Shown piece by piece: positions 39,411 through 48,818 of a stretch of 64,000 nt of DNA; within the stretch, counting starts at the first letter, position 1, and every line of letters starts with the position of its first letter. Position numbers and translations under genes: made by a program. The stretch covers positions 13,958-77,957 of the forward strand of contig JASJAX010000008.1 of NCBI GenBank assembly GCA_030066755.1. Reading direction: 5' to 3'. The notes below the pieces were generated by a model. That model was not told the DNA's origin, made no database searches, and saw only the letters and a program-made list of their open reading frames with translations. Source of the DNA: Acidimicrobiia bacterium. GTDB taxonomy: Bacteria > Actinomycetota > Acidimicrobiia > Spongiisociales > UBA5794.

Positions 39411-40161
39411 GTCGTTCCCCGGCAGGGAGCCCGTCCATCTCGACCGGTGTCCGGCAACGGCGGCACGGCTTGCCACCTCGTCCGTAGACCCAGAGTGTGG
39501 CTCCGGGGCCGCGACGTCCCGTCGTAGACCGGTTGGGTCGATCCTTGTTGGCGATCAGCAGCCGGCGAGCGCGCTGCCCGAGCCTCTGCAGCGTGTCGTC
39601 GTCGAGCATGGCCGCCGGTGTCGCCGGATTGATACGTTCGAGGTAGAGCGTTTCGGACTTGTAGACGTTCCCGACTCCAGCCATCACGGTCTGGTTGAGG
39701 AGGAGGTCGGCTGCCGTCGCTGCTTCCGCGGCACGGGCCCGTCCGACAACGCGGTCCCAGTCGATCACATCGTGAATCAGGTCCGGCCCCAGATGGCGAA
39801 GCGCCGCCTCGACCTCTGCGTCCGGGGCAATCTGAACGGTCGGCGCCGCGAAACACACGGCAACCCAGTCGGTCGATTCGAGAACGACCCTCGCCTTGCC
39901 CGCAGAGGTGCGCCATCGTTCATCGGGTCGGTACCGGTGCCACGATCCGGTCATCTGGAGATGGGTACGCAGCGACCAGCCATGGTCGAACCCGATGATC
40001 AGGTGTTTGCCTCGTGCCCGTACCGAATCGACGACGTGGTCGACGAGGCGTTTGCCGTGAGCGATGACTGCCCGATGGGATCCGGCGACCTTGCGGATCG
40101 ATTGGCCCTCGAGCACGGCCAGCTTGGTTGCCGCCTGATGCAGCGTGTCGCCCTCAGGCAC
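39361..40161 (-). CDS. nei: Fpg/Nei-family DNA glycosylase (endonuclease VIII-like)
   Basis: N-terminal MPEGDT (catalytic Pro2), H2TH, and a C-terminal zinc finger CRRC..CPRC. Confidence 0.85.
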   Translation of the reverse strand: MPEGDTLHQAATKLAVLEGQSIRKVAGSHRAVIAHGKRLVDHVVDSVRARGKHLIIGFDHGWSLRTHLQMTGSWHRYRPDERWRTSAGKARVVLESTDWVAVCFAAPTVQIAPDAEVEAALRHLGPDLIHDVIDWDRVVGRARAAEAATAADLLLNQTVMAGVGNVYKSETLYLERINPATPAAMLDDDTLQRLGQRARRLLIANKDRPNRSTTGRRGPGATLWVYGRGGKPCRRCRTPVEMDGLPAGERLTYWCPRCQPLPASLR

Positions 40162-40164
40162 GGT

Positions 40165-43100
40165 TCACCGCCGCTTCGTGCGCAGGGTCAACCCCTTGTA
40201 GCCGGTGGCGAATCCGGCTGCGGCGAGGGCGGCCGCGTACCGACCGGTGGCTGCGGCGTCTCCATCGATCATCTCGAGCGACATCCTGCGGTACCGGTCA
40301 CGGGCGAGATCGGCGAGCGCGTTGGCAATTGCGTCGGTGTCCGGATCCTCGAAGGTCGTGACTCGTTTGCCGCCCCGTTCGACGTAGGCGGCGAGCGTTC
40401 CCTCGACGAGGATCACATGGGCTCCAGCACGTCGTGCCGCCCGGCCACTCTCGCCGGCGTCCGGCCACGGCAGCGAAGCACCGTAGGGATTCGCCGGATC
40501 GGTCGCCGACAGCACTTGGATCCCGCTGTCGGCCTCGCCCCGGAGGCGATCGATTGCACCGGGCAAACCGAACTGCGCTCCGCCGAGCCCCTCGATGAAG
40601 TACCCACGACGGGTCCGACCGGCGTCCTCCATCGCCGCGAGAACCGGGTACAGACCCGAGAACCCACCGGGGATGCCCTCGGCGAGCACGCCATCGCGGG
40701 TGACGATGCCGTGGCGTTCCAGCAGGTTCTCGGCAACGGCCTTGGCCCGCACCTCGTTGGCAGGCGGAATGTCGTCGATGAGGTCGGCAGTGAGATACCA
40801 GCGACCGGTGCCCGCAGGGGGCGTGGCGCTCGAGACAGTGCGGCCGGATCGCCCGCGTTTCCCGGAGCCGCCGAGGAACGCTCGCAACGGCGCCAGCGTG
40901 TCGTTGGTGACCTCGCCCGACCAGACCAGGTCCCAGATCGCATCGAGAACCATGGCCGGGTCGCCCCCCTCGCCGGCCACATACAGCTCGCGGAAGAACG
41001 ACGCACCACGCTTGGAGAGGTGATGTCGGAGCCGGTCGTGGATCGTTCCCTCGGGTCGCTCCTCGTCCGGAGGCGGAGCCCACAGCAAGGGAACCTGATC
41101 TCGCAAGACGAGACTCATCCTGCCGTCACGTTTGCCGAGCGAACCGCGTCCGAGCCAGACGACGTCACCGGACGCAAGGAGCTCATCCATGAGGCGGGTG
41201 TCGTACGCCATTCGTGCGGACAGCACATCGGTCTCGAGCGTGCTGGCAGGGATCGCAGCGGCCTGGATCTGACGGACGACCTCGAGCAATCGGCCGCTGT
41301 GACCCACGGTCGTGCCGATTCCCTGCCATGCAGGGAGGAACCTCCCGAGGGCGGCCGCATCAACGGGTTCGACCTCCCGGCGAAGCACAGCGAGGGACCT
41401 GCGGCGCAGGCGACGGAGGACGTCGACGTCGACCCACTCCTGTCCCGTGCCGCCGGGTCGATACGCTCCAGCGGCCACCCGGCCCTTGGTCTGGAGCCGC
41501 TCGAGGACCTCGGTGACCACGGCGGGGGGCAGTCCGAGGTCGGTGGCCGCTTGATCGGCGACGAAGGGTCCATGCGTCCGTGCAAAACGACCGACGACGT
41601 CCCCGAGTGGGTCGGCAACGGGGTCCAGCCACGTCGAGGCGACGCCGGCTGGGGGAGTGACACCGAGAGCATCGCGCAGCCGGGCGAGGTCCTCAACGGC
41701 GGCGAAGCGGCTGTCGCCACGAATCCGCACCGAAACGATGCGGCGGGTGCGTTCGAGTTCGACGAGCCACTCCGTGCTGGGAGCGTTCCCGCTGCGAGCC
41801 GCGATCTCCTCGGCAGTGAGCGGACCGAGGCTACGGAGTGTGTCGGCCAGGTCGTCCATGGTGCGGATGTGTCGATCCTCGGCGAGCCGCTGAAGCTCCA
41901 ACTCGACGTCGGCGATGACTGCCGGATCGAGCAGTTCGCGAAGCTGAGGGTCGCCGAGCAGCTCACGAAGCAAGGATCGATCGAGAGTGAGCGCTGCGGC
42001 CCGCCGCTCGGCGATCGGCGCGTCGTACTCGTACATGAACGACGCAATGAAGTCGAACATCAACGACGTTGCGAACGGTGAGGGTCCGCTGAGCGAAACC
42101 TCGCGGATACGTACTTTGCGTTGCGACACGTCGCCGAGCACTTCGCGGAGAGCCGGCAGATCGAAGTAGTCCTGAAGCACCTCGCGGTAGGTCTCGAGGA
42201 TCACCGGGAAGGTGCCGAACTGGCGGGCGACGTCGAGCAGACTTGCCGCCTTGCGGCGTTGGAGCCAGAGCGGCGTGCGCGAACCGGGACGTCGCCGGGG
42301 GAGCAGCAGGGCACGGGCGGCCGCTTCGCGGAACTTGGAGCTGAACAGCGCCGAATCGCCAACCTCCTCCAGGACGAGCTCCTCGATCTCGTCGGGCCCG
42401 ATGATCAACTCGTCGGTGCTCGGCGGTTCGTCGACATCGGGGAAGCGGAAGATGATCCCGTCATCCGACCAGATGACGTCGACTTCGGTCCCGTGGGTGT
42501 CTCGGTATCGGCGGCGTGCCGCCAGCGCCCACGGGGCATGGACCCGTGCGCCGAACGGGGACAGGACGACAACCCGCCAGTCGCCGATCTCGTCCCGGAA
42601 CTGTTCGAACACGATCGTGCGGTCCGTCGGCAGCGCACCGGTGGCTTCCATCTCGTCGGCCAGGAACTGGGCCAGGTTGCCCGCCGCCCACTCGTCGAGG
42701 CGGTACCGCTCGTGGAGCGTCGCCTCCGCCTCCGATCGGTCCATGGCGCCAACTTCTCGCACGAAGGCCCCGACGGCGCGACCCAGCTCGAGCGGGCGCC
42801 CCGGGGCGTCTCCGTGCCAGAAGGGGAGCTTGGCCGCAGGTTCGCCGGGTGCCGGGGCAACGATGACACGATCGTGGGTGATCTCACTGATCTTCCACGT
42901 CGAGGAGCCGAGCACGAAGACCTCGCCGGGTCGGCTCTCGTAGACCATCTCCTCGTCCAACTCGCCGACTCTGCCTCCTTCGGGCAACGTGACGGTGTAG
43001 AGCCCCCGGTCGGGAATCGTCCCCGGATTGGTGACCGCGAGCATGCGGGCGTTGCTGCGGGCCTCCAGTCGGCCTTCGACCCGGTCCCACACGATGCGGG

Positions 43101-44574
43101 GTCTGAGCTCAGCGAAGTCATCCGACGGATAGCGCCCCGAGAGCATGTCGAGCACAGCGTCGAACGAGCTGCGGGGCAGATCGCGATAGGGCCCGGCACC
43201 ACGGACCAACGTGTACAGCTCGTCGGTGCCGGTGGGCTCGACGGCGACGGTCGCCACGACGTGTTGCGCCAGCACATCGAGCGGGTTCGCAGGGATTCGG
43301 GTGGCTTCGATGGCGCCCTGGTTCATCCGTTCGACGACGACGGCCGTCTCGAGCAGGTCGCCCCGGTGCTTCGGGAAGATGCGGGCGACCGACGCCGCTC
43401 CGACCTGGTGACCGGCACGTCCGACCCGTTGGAGTCCCCGAGCGACCGAAGTCGGCGATTCGACCAACACAACGAGGTCGACGGCCGCCATGTCGATCCC
43501 GAGCTCGAGGGTCGACGTCGCCACGACGCCGCGCAGCTCTCCTCGCTTGAGGCGGCCTTCGATCTCGACCCGCTGCTCACGCGAGACCGACCCGTGATGC
43601 GATTGCACGAGCTCTTCGCCCGCAAGACGGTTCAGCTCGGCGGCCAGACGTTCGGCAAGCCCGCGGGAGTTGACGAACAGGAGCGTTGATCGATGGTCGA
43701 GGATGAGGCGAAGGAGGCGAGGGTAGACGGCCGGCCAGATCGACCGGCGGGCGCCGTCGTCGGCCTCGGCGGCTTCGACATCCTCCGTGACGGTCTGCTC
43801 CGGCCGAGTCATGTCCTCGACGGGCACCACGATCTGCAGGTCGAGCTGCTTGTCCCACGGAGCGTCGACGATCGTGACGGGGCGGGCCTCCCATTGGCCT
43901 TTGGCGTCGACCATGCCGCCGCCCAGGAACTCGGCGATGGCCTCGAGCGGTCGCTGGGTGGCAGACAGCCCGATGCGCTGTGGGGGAGCGGTGGTCAGGT
44001 CCGCAAGCCGCTCGAGGCTCAGGCTGAGGTGCGCGCCACGTTTGGTCGCCGCTACCGAGTGGATCTCGTCGATGATCACGGTCTCCACCGATGCCAGGAT
44101 GCTGCGAGCCTGCGACGTCAGCATCAGGTAGAGCGATTCGGGAGTTGTGATCAGGATGTCGGGAGGGTGGCGGAGCATCGCCTGACGATCGGCCGACGGC
44201 GTGTCGCCGGTACGCATGGCAGTGGTGATACGCGGGGGAGCCTCTCCGAGCCGTTCGGCGGCGAGTTGGATGCCGGTGAGCGGCGCCCGCAGGTTGCGCT
44301 CGATGTCGTAGGCCAGTGCCTTCATCGGCGAGATGTAGAGCACTCGGCAGCGCTCCTTCTCCGGCGGCATCGGTGCCGCGGCGAGGCGGTCGATGGCCCA
44401 GAGGAACGCCGCCAGCGTCTTGCCGGACCCGGTGGGGGCGTGGATCAGTGTGTGGTCGCCGCGTGCGATCGATTCCCACCCGTGGCGCTGTGCGTCGGTC
44501 GGCGCGGCAAACGAGGCGTCGAACCACGCCCGCGTTGCGGCAGAGAAGCCTGCTCGTACGTCCCCAGCAGTCAC
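40165..44574 (-). CDS. lhr: ATP-dependent helicase Lhr (large helicase-related; SF2 core plus Lhr C-terminal extension)
   Basis: 1469 aa. Walker A HAPTGSGKT, DEIH box and an Lhr-type C-terminal domain. Confidence 0.85.
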   Translation of the reverse strand: MTAGDVRAGFSAATRAWFDASFAAPTDAQRHGWESIARGDHTLIHAPTGSGKTLAAFLWAIDRLAAAPMPPEKERCRVLYISPMKALAYDIERNLRAPLTGIQLAAERLGEAPPRITTAMRTGDTPSADRQAMLRHPPDILITTPESLYLMLTSQARSILASVETVIIDEIHSVAATKRGAHLSLSLERLADLTTAPPQRIGLSATQRPLEAIAEFLGGGMVDAKGQWEARPVTIVDAPWDKQLDLQIVVPVEDMTRPEQTVTEDVEAAEADDGARRSIWPAVYPRLLRLILDHRSTLLFVNSRGLAERLAAELNRLAGEELVQSHHGSVSREQRVEIEGRLKRGELRGVVATSTLELGIDMAAVDLVVLVESPTSVARGLQRVGRAGHQVGAASVARIFPKHRGDLLETAVVVERMNQGAIEATRIPANPLDVLAQHVVATVAVEPTGTDELYTLVRGAGPYRDLPRSSFDAVLDMLSGRYPSDDFAELRPRIVWDRVEGRLEARSNARMLAVTNPGTIPDRGLYTVTLPEGGRVGELDEEMVYESRPGEVFVLGSSTWKISEITHDRVIVAPAPGEPAAKLPFWHGDAPGRPLELGRAVGAFVREVGAMDRSEAEATLHERYRLDEWAAGNLAQFLADEMEATGALPTDRTIVFEQFRDEIGDWRVVVLSPFGARVHAPWALAARRRYRDTHGTEVDVIWSDDGIIFRFPDVDEPPSTDELIIGPDEIEELVLEEVGDSALFSSKFREAAARALLLPRRRPGSRTPLWLQRRKAASLLDVARQFGTFPVILETYREVLQDYFDLPALREVLGDVSQRKVRIREVSLSGPSPFATSLMFDFIASFMYEYDAPIAERRAAALTLDRSLLRELLGDPQLRELLDPAVIADVELELQRLAEDRHIRTMDDLADTLRSLGPLTAEEIAARSGNAPSTEWLVELERTRRIVSVRIRGDSRFAAVEDLARLRDALGVTPPAGVASTWLDPVADPLGDVVGRFARTHGPFVADQAATDLGLPPAVVTEVLERLQTKGRVAAGAYRPGGTGQEWVDVDVLRRLRRRSLAVLRREVEPVDAAALGRFLPAWQGIGTTVGHSGRLLEVVRQIQAAAIPASTLETDVLSARMAYDTRLMDELLASGDVVWLGRGSLGKRDGRMSLVLRDQVPLLWAPPPDEERPEGTIHDRLRHHLSKRGASFFRELYVAGEGGDPAMVLDAIWDLVWSGEVTNDTLAPLRAFLGGSGKRGRSGRTVSSATPPAGTGRWYLTADLIDDIPPANEVRAKAVAENLLERHGIVTRDGVLAEGIPGGFSGLYPVLAAMEDAGRTRRGYFIEGLGGAQFGLPGAIDRLRGEADSGIQVLSATDPANPYGASLPWPDAGESGRAARRAGAHVILVEGTLAAYVERGGKRVTTFEDPDTDAIANALADLARDRYRRMSLEMIDGDAAATGRYAAALAAAGFATGYKGLTLRTKRR

Positions 44575-44826
44575 CCGGCGAGGGTACAGGGAGCGTGTGA
44601 CGAAAACGGCGGCCGACGGTGGGGTCGATCACGTGTCGAAGGGCAAACCGTGGTTCCGACATTGATTCGAAACGCTGAACAGGCGTTTTGCAGAAACCCT
44701 CAACCACCACTCGAAGCTTGCGTGCAAGCGAATGACAAAATCGTCTTACTGTCGGTCGTGCGCGTAAGACGGGGCTCAGGCCTCGCAGGCGAGGCGTTTC
44801 AATGTCAGATGGGGCGGGAGACCTGG

Positions 44827-44933
44827 GTCCCAAGTCGCAAGTCGCAAGTCGCATGTCCCAAGTCCCAAGTCCCAAGTCCCAATGCGCCGTCTGCCGGACC
44901 CGAGACCTGAGACCTGAGACCTGAGACTTGAGA
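44827..44933. repeat. Heptamer arrays: GTCNCAA x8 (44827-44882) and GACCTGA x5 (44899-44933), in inverted orientation
   Basis: Direct reading in the lhr / LLM-oxidoreductase divergent region. Confidence 0.9.
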
Positions 44934-45010
44934 CCTCTGCCGACGTGAGACCTGTGCCGACGTGAGACCTCTGCCGACGTGAGACCTCTGCCGGCCGTAG
45001 GATCGGTGCC
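44930..45010. repeat. 17-nt tandem repeat GAGACCTCTGCCGACGT x about 4.5
   Basis: Direct reading, immediately upstream of the LLM oxidoreductase start. Confidence 0.85.
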
Positions 45011-45025
45011 ACGCGTTCCCGAGGA

Positions 45026-46057
45026 GTGTCACCAATGAAGCTGGGTCTGTCGGTCGGGTACTGGTCGGCGGGTCCGCCCCATGGTGTCGAAGATCAGATC
45101 GCAGCGGCCGAACGGCTGGGTTTCGACGCGATGTGGACGGCCGAAGCCTACGGATCCGATGCGCTCACACCCCTGGCGTGGTGGGGAGCGACGACGGAGC
45201 GGATTCGGCTCGGCACCGGGATCGTGCAGATGTCGGCGAGGACACCTGCGGCGACCGCCATGGCAGCGATGACGCTCGATCACCTCAGCGGCGGACGAAT
45301 GATCCTCGGTCTCGGCGTGAGCGGCCCGCAGGTCGTCGAGGGCTGGTACGGCCAGCCGTATCCCAAGCCACTGGCCCGCACCCGTGAGTACGTCGAGATC
45401 GTGCGGCGCATCTTCGCTCGCGAGGCTCCGGTCGAATACGACGGTGCCTTCTACCAGCTCCCGCTCGAGGGAGGAACCGGGCTGGGTAAGGCGCTGAAGA
45501 GCACGCTGCATCCCTACCGAACCGATATCCCGATCTTCCTCGCCGCCGAGGGCCCGAAGAACGTCGCACTGTCGGCCGAGATCTGCGACGGCTGGTTGCC
45601 GCTGTTCTTCTCCCCGGGCGACGACGGTTTCTACCGCCGTGCCCTCCAGGAGGGTTTCGACGCTGGTGGCCATCGTTCCTGGGACGACTTCGAGGTTCAC
45701 GCGGTCGTTCCGGTCGTTCCCAATCCGGATGTCGACGCTGCGGCCGACATGATCCGGCCGATGCTGGCGCTCTACATCGGCGGCATGGGTTCCAAGGACC
45801 GCAACTTCCACAAGGACGTGTTCGTGCGAATGGGATTCGAGGCGGAGTGCGAGACCATTCAGGATCACTACCTGGCCGGTCGCAAGTCGGACGCGATCGC
45901 TGCGGTGCCCACCAGCATGGTCGAGGCCATGTCGCTCGTAGGATCCCCCGACAAGATTCGTGACGAGTTGGCGAGGTGGGAGGAGTCGGTGGTGACGACG
46001 ATGATCATCCAGGGTCCGCCGCCGTTGCTGGAGATGATCGCCGGTCTCGTCGGCTGA
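45026..46057 (+). CDS. LLM-class F420-dependent oxidoreductase (luciferase-like monooxygenase family)
   Basis: 343 aa with the LLM fold and actinobacterial F420-dependent subgroup features. Confidence 0.75.
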   Translation: MSPMKLGLSVGYWSAGPPHGVEDQIAAAERLGFDAMWTAEAYGSDALTPLAWWGATTERIRLGTGIVQMSARTPAATAMAAMTLDHLSGGRMILGLGVSGPQVVEGWYGQPYPKPLARTREYVEIVRRIFAREAPVEYDGAFYQLPLEGGTGLGKALKSTLHPYRTDIPIFLAAEGPKNVALSAEICDGWLPLFFSPGDDGFYRRALQEGFDAGGHRSWDDFEVHAVVPVVPNPDVDAAADMIRPMLALYIGGMGSKDRNFHKDVFVRMGFEAECETIQDHYLAGRKSDAIAAVPTSMVEAMSLVGSPDKIRDELARWEESVVTTMIIQGPPPLLEMIAGLVG

Positions 46058-46060
46058 GCG

Positions 46061-46543
46061 TCAGTCCTCGGCTGCCCGCTCAGGAAGCACGAGCACTCCG
46101 TCCGAATCGACGTAGACCCACTCACCCGGGACGAACTCCACGCCGAGGAACGACACCGGCACGTCCTGTTCGCCCTCGCCTCGCTTGACGCTGCGCCGAG
46201 GGTGCGCTTCGAGGGCCCGCACGCCGAGTTCCATCCGGCGTAGGTCCGCACTGTCGCGCACGCAGCCGTTGACGATGACGCCGGACCAGCCGTTGACGAT
46301 GGCCAGCGCTCCCAGACGATCACCGAGCAGCGCACAGTTCCGTGAGCCGCCGCCGTCCACGACGAGCACCGCCCCATCTCCCTGGTCTTCCAGAGTCGTT
46401 CGCACGAGTGAGTTGTCCTCGAAGCAGCGAACGGTCCGAATGAAGCCGGAGAACGCGACCCGACCGCCGTAGTCACGGAGGCCCGGCGTTGCGATCGAAG
46501 CCTCGGGGTGGGCATCGGACAGATCAGCCGTCGTCACGCGCAT
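46061..46543 (-). CDS. RraA-family protein (RNase E regulator / HMG-CHA aldolase family)
   Basis: 160 aa with the [29 protein letters not shown] signature. The longer track ORF is an antisense extension. Confidence 0.75.
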   Translation of the reverse strand: MRVTTADLSDAHPEASIATPGLRDYGGRVAFSGFIRTVRCFEDNSLVRTTLEDQGDGAVLVVDGGGSRNCALLGDRLGALAIVNGWSGVIVNGCVRDSADLRRMELGVRALEAHPRRSVKRGEGEQDVPVSFLGVEFVPGEWVYVDSDGVLVLPERAAED

Positions 46544-46570
46544 GGGTCCATTGTGCCAGCGGAGCGCTCC

Positions 46571-47248
46571 GTGTGGGGTAGCGTCGGGTCGATTCCATCT
46601 CGGAGGGCGCTCATCGACATCGCGGTCAATCTCGTCGAGACCTATCTGCGTCTCACCGGCTACCTGACGTTGTCCGAGTTCGAGGTCCAACGCCGGGACG
46701 CGGACGGCGAGTTCCGCACCGTCACCGATGTCGACATCATGGCGATGCGCCTTCCGGGGTCGATCTACGTCGGAGATCCCCACAACGCCGATGAGGGCGA
46801 CCTCCTGTTGCTGGAGGATCCGGTGCTCGACCTCGAAGACGACTGTATCGATGTGATCATCGGCGAGGTCAAGCAAGGCGAGGCAGATCTGAATCCCGGC
46901 ATCACCGACCACGTGGTGCTCCACTCCATGCTCCGGCGTGTCGAGTGGATCTACGACGAGCCACTGACGGAAGTGGTGCAGCGGATTCAGGAACACTTGG
47001 TCCACCACTCGCCAGCGCGCGGCGGGGGCCGGGTGCGAACCCGGATCGTGGCGTTCGGCCGCGCCCGGGTGTCCGGGCTCAACGTCATCACCCATTCACA
47101 CGTCGTGTCGACGCTGCTTCGCTTCTTCGAGGAGCACGAAGCGGCGTTTCGCCCGATTCAGTTCAAGGAGCCTGCGCCTGCGTTCCTCCGGCTGCTCCTG
47201 AAGGCGGGTTTCTCGATCGACCGCAGCGGTGGGTTCGACGACGCATAG
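46571..47248 (+). CDS. Hypothetical protein with a possible PD-(D/E)xK nuclease-like motif
   Basis: Clean composition with D..(D)..IGEVK motif spacing. The start is uncertain. Confidence 0.4.
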   Translation: MWGSVGSIPSRRALIDIAVNLVETYLRLTGYLTLSEFEVQRRDADGEFRTVTDVDIMAMRLPGSIYVGDPHNADEGDLLLLEDPVLDLEDDCIDVIIGEVKQGEADLNPGITDHVVLHSMLRRVEWIYDEPLTEVVQRIQEHLVHHSPARGGGRVRTRIVAFGRARVSGLNVITHSHVVSTLLRFFEEHEAAFRPIQFKEPAPAFLRLLLKAGFSIDRSGGFDDA

Positions 47249-47260
47249 CGCCGTCGACGA

Positions 47261-48013
47261 TCACTTCCGCGAGGCCGTCTTCACAAACGTCAGGGCGCGC
47301 TCCGGGGAGACAGGGTTCGACGCGATGCCGTGGCGTTTGATGGCCGTGCCGGCAATGACCCCGTCGGCGACGCCCAAGATGTCAATCACCGTATCGGTCG
47401 TCACTCCCGATCCGACGAAGATCGGGGTTCCGTCTGCGGCATCCTTCACAACCCGGATGTCATTCATCGCAGGTGGGCGTCCGGTCCCCGTGCCGGACAC
47501 GATGATGGCGTCGGCGCCACCGCGCTCTGCAAGGTCCCGGGTCGCCAGGTCGAGCGACAGGCCTGGCGGGGGTGTGGCGTGTTTCACGAAGACGTCCGCC
47601 ATCACCGCGACGTCGGGTGCGATCTCCTTGCGGAGGCGCGCCACTTCGGCCGCCTTGCCGATGATCGGGCCCTGATCGGTCGACATCATTCCGGACAACA
47701 CGTTGACCCGGATGAATCGGGCCCCGGTCGCTGCGGCGACGGCGAGGGCCCCGAGCGCATCGTTGCGCAGGACATTCACGCCGATAGGCACGTCGAACTC
47801 GCGGGCGATGTCGGCGACGGCTCTGGTCATGGCCGCAATGGTCACCTTGGGAGCATCGTCGGCGTAGAACGGGGCGTCGCCGAAGTTCTCGATCATCAAA
47901 CCGTCGAACCCGACCCTGCGCAGGATCCGACCGTCGGCGATCGCCGCATCGATGAGCGCGTCGACGTCGCCTTCGAACCCTGGGGACCCGGGCAACGGGC
48001 CCAGGTGGATCAT
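47261..48013 (-). CDS. BtpA/SgcQ-family (TIM-barrel) protein
   Basis: IGMIHLGPLPGSPGF is the hallmark BtpA N-terminus. Confidence 0.7.
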   Translation of the reverse strand: MIHLGPLPGSPGFEGDVDALIDAAIADGRILRRVGFDGLMIENFGDAPFYADDAPKVTIAAMTRAVADIAREFDVPIGVNVLRNDALGALAVAAATGARFIRVNVLSGMMSTDQGPIIGKAAEVARLRKEIAPDVAVMADVFVKHATPPPGLSLDLATRDLAERGGADAIIVSGTGTGRPPAMNDIRVVKDAADGTPIFVGSGVTTDTVIDILGVADGVIAGTAIKRHGIASNPVSPERALTFVKTASRK

Positions 48014-48041
48014 GCCGATGAGTCGTGGCAGCACGATCGAA

Positions 48042-48806
48042 TCAGTACGCACGAACGACTTGCAACGCCGTTTCGGCGTCATCGCCGATCGCCTTGAGGC
48101 CGGTATCGGCGACATCGAGACGGTGGACGGCGACCCGGCACCACTCACCAGCGATCCCCTTGATCACCTGCTCGGTGTCGTCGGGTCCGTAGACATAGCG
48201 GGCATATCGGGGCCCCATCAGCTCGACGCGAATGCCTTGCTCCGGGTACGTCTCGCCGGCCTCGGAGAACGCCCAGGGCAAGAGGCGGTGGGCCAGCCAC
48301 GCGATGTGCCGGATCCGGGGTGTGTCGGCGGTCGGGTCTTCTTCGTCCTCGGCGAGGGTGATGCGCCCCTCCATTGCCGCCTTGATGTCGAGTCCGTGCG
48401 CCCACGTCTCCATGAGCCGCAGCGTGGCGAATGCTTTGGCGCTCGCCGAGCTGTAGACCCACGGGACACGGTCCTTCGGATCCATTCGCGAGAGGGCGTC
48501 GACCACGCTTGCGCGGCCGTTGCGCCACCACTCGATGATCTCCTGGTACCGCTTGCCGCGGCCTTGCTCGACCCCACGCTTGGTCCACTCGTCGATATCG
48601 GTGATGTCTGCGGCATCGACAAACGCCTGGCCTTCGGAGATGGCCTGGGCCGCGAAGGTCTCCGTGTATGCGAGGTGGCAGACGGTGTCCATGATCGACC
48701 AGCCGGTCGCCGGGGTGGGGAGCTTCCAATCGCGCTCATGAATACGCTGGAGAAACTGATCCAGCGACTGCTCCTCGGCTACCAGGTCGGAGAGAATCTC
48801 GCGCAT
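48042..48806 (-). CDS. Maleylpyruvate isomerase-family mycothiol-dependent enzyme (DinB_2-like N-terminal domain)
   Basis: W..MDTVCHLAYTE metal-binding pattern. Actinobacterial family. Confidence 0.65.
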   Translation of the reverse strand: MREILSDLVAEEQSLDQFLQRIHERDWKLPTPATGWSIMDTVCHLAYTETFAAQAISEGQAFVDAADITDIDEWTKRGVEQGRGKRYQEIIEWWRNGRASVVDALSRMDPKDRVPWVYSSASAKAFATLRLMETWAHGLDIKAAMEGRITLAEDEEDPTADTPRIRHIAWLAHRLLPWAFSEAGETYPEQGIRVELMGPRYARYVYGPDDTEQVIKGIAGEWCRVAVHRLDVADTGLKAIGDDAETALQVVRAY

Positions 48807-48818
48807 AGGTGCGACATT

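Noticed and set aside
44740-44770. TGTCGGTC-N7/8-TAAGAC as a PafBC/RecA-NDp-type damage-inducible promoter for lhr.
   Set aside because: It is only a partial match to TGTCAGTG-N8-TAnnnT, and it is oriented away from lhr, toward the LLM gene about 250 nt downstream. I mention it under the intergenic-region finding but do not call it a promoter.
46061-47095. 344-aa minus-strand ORF as a fused RraA protein with a long N-terminal domain.
   Set aside because: Only the C-terminal 160 aa matches RraA. The upstream part is antisense to a better-composed plus-strand gene (46571..47248) and is histidine/aspartate-rich shadow sequence.
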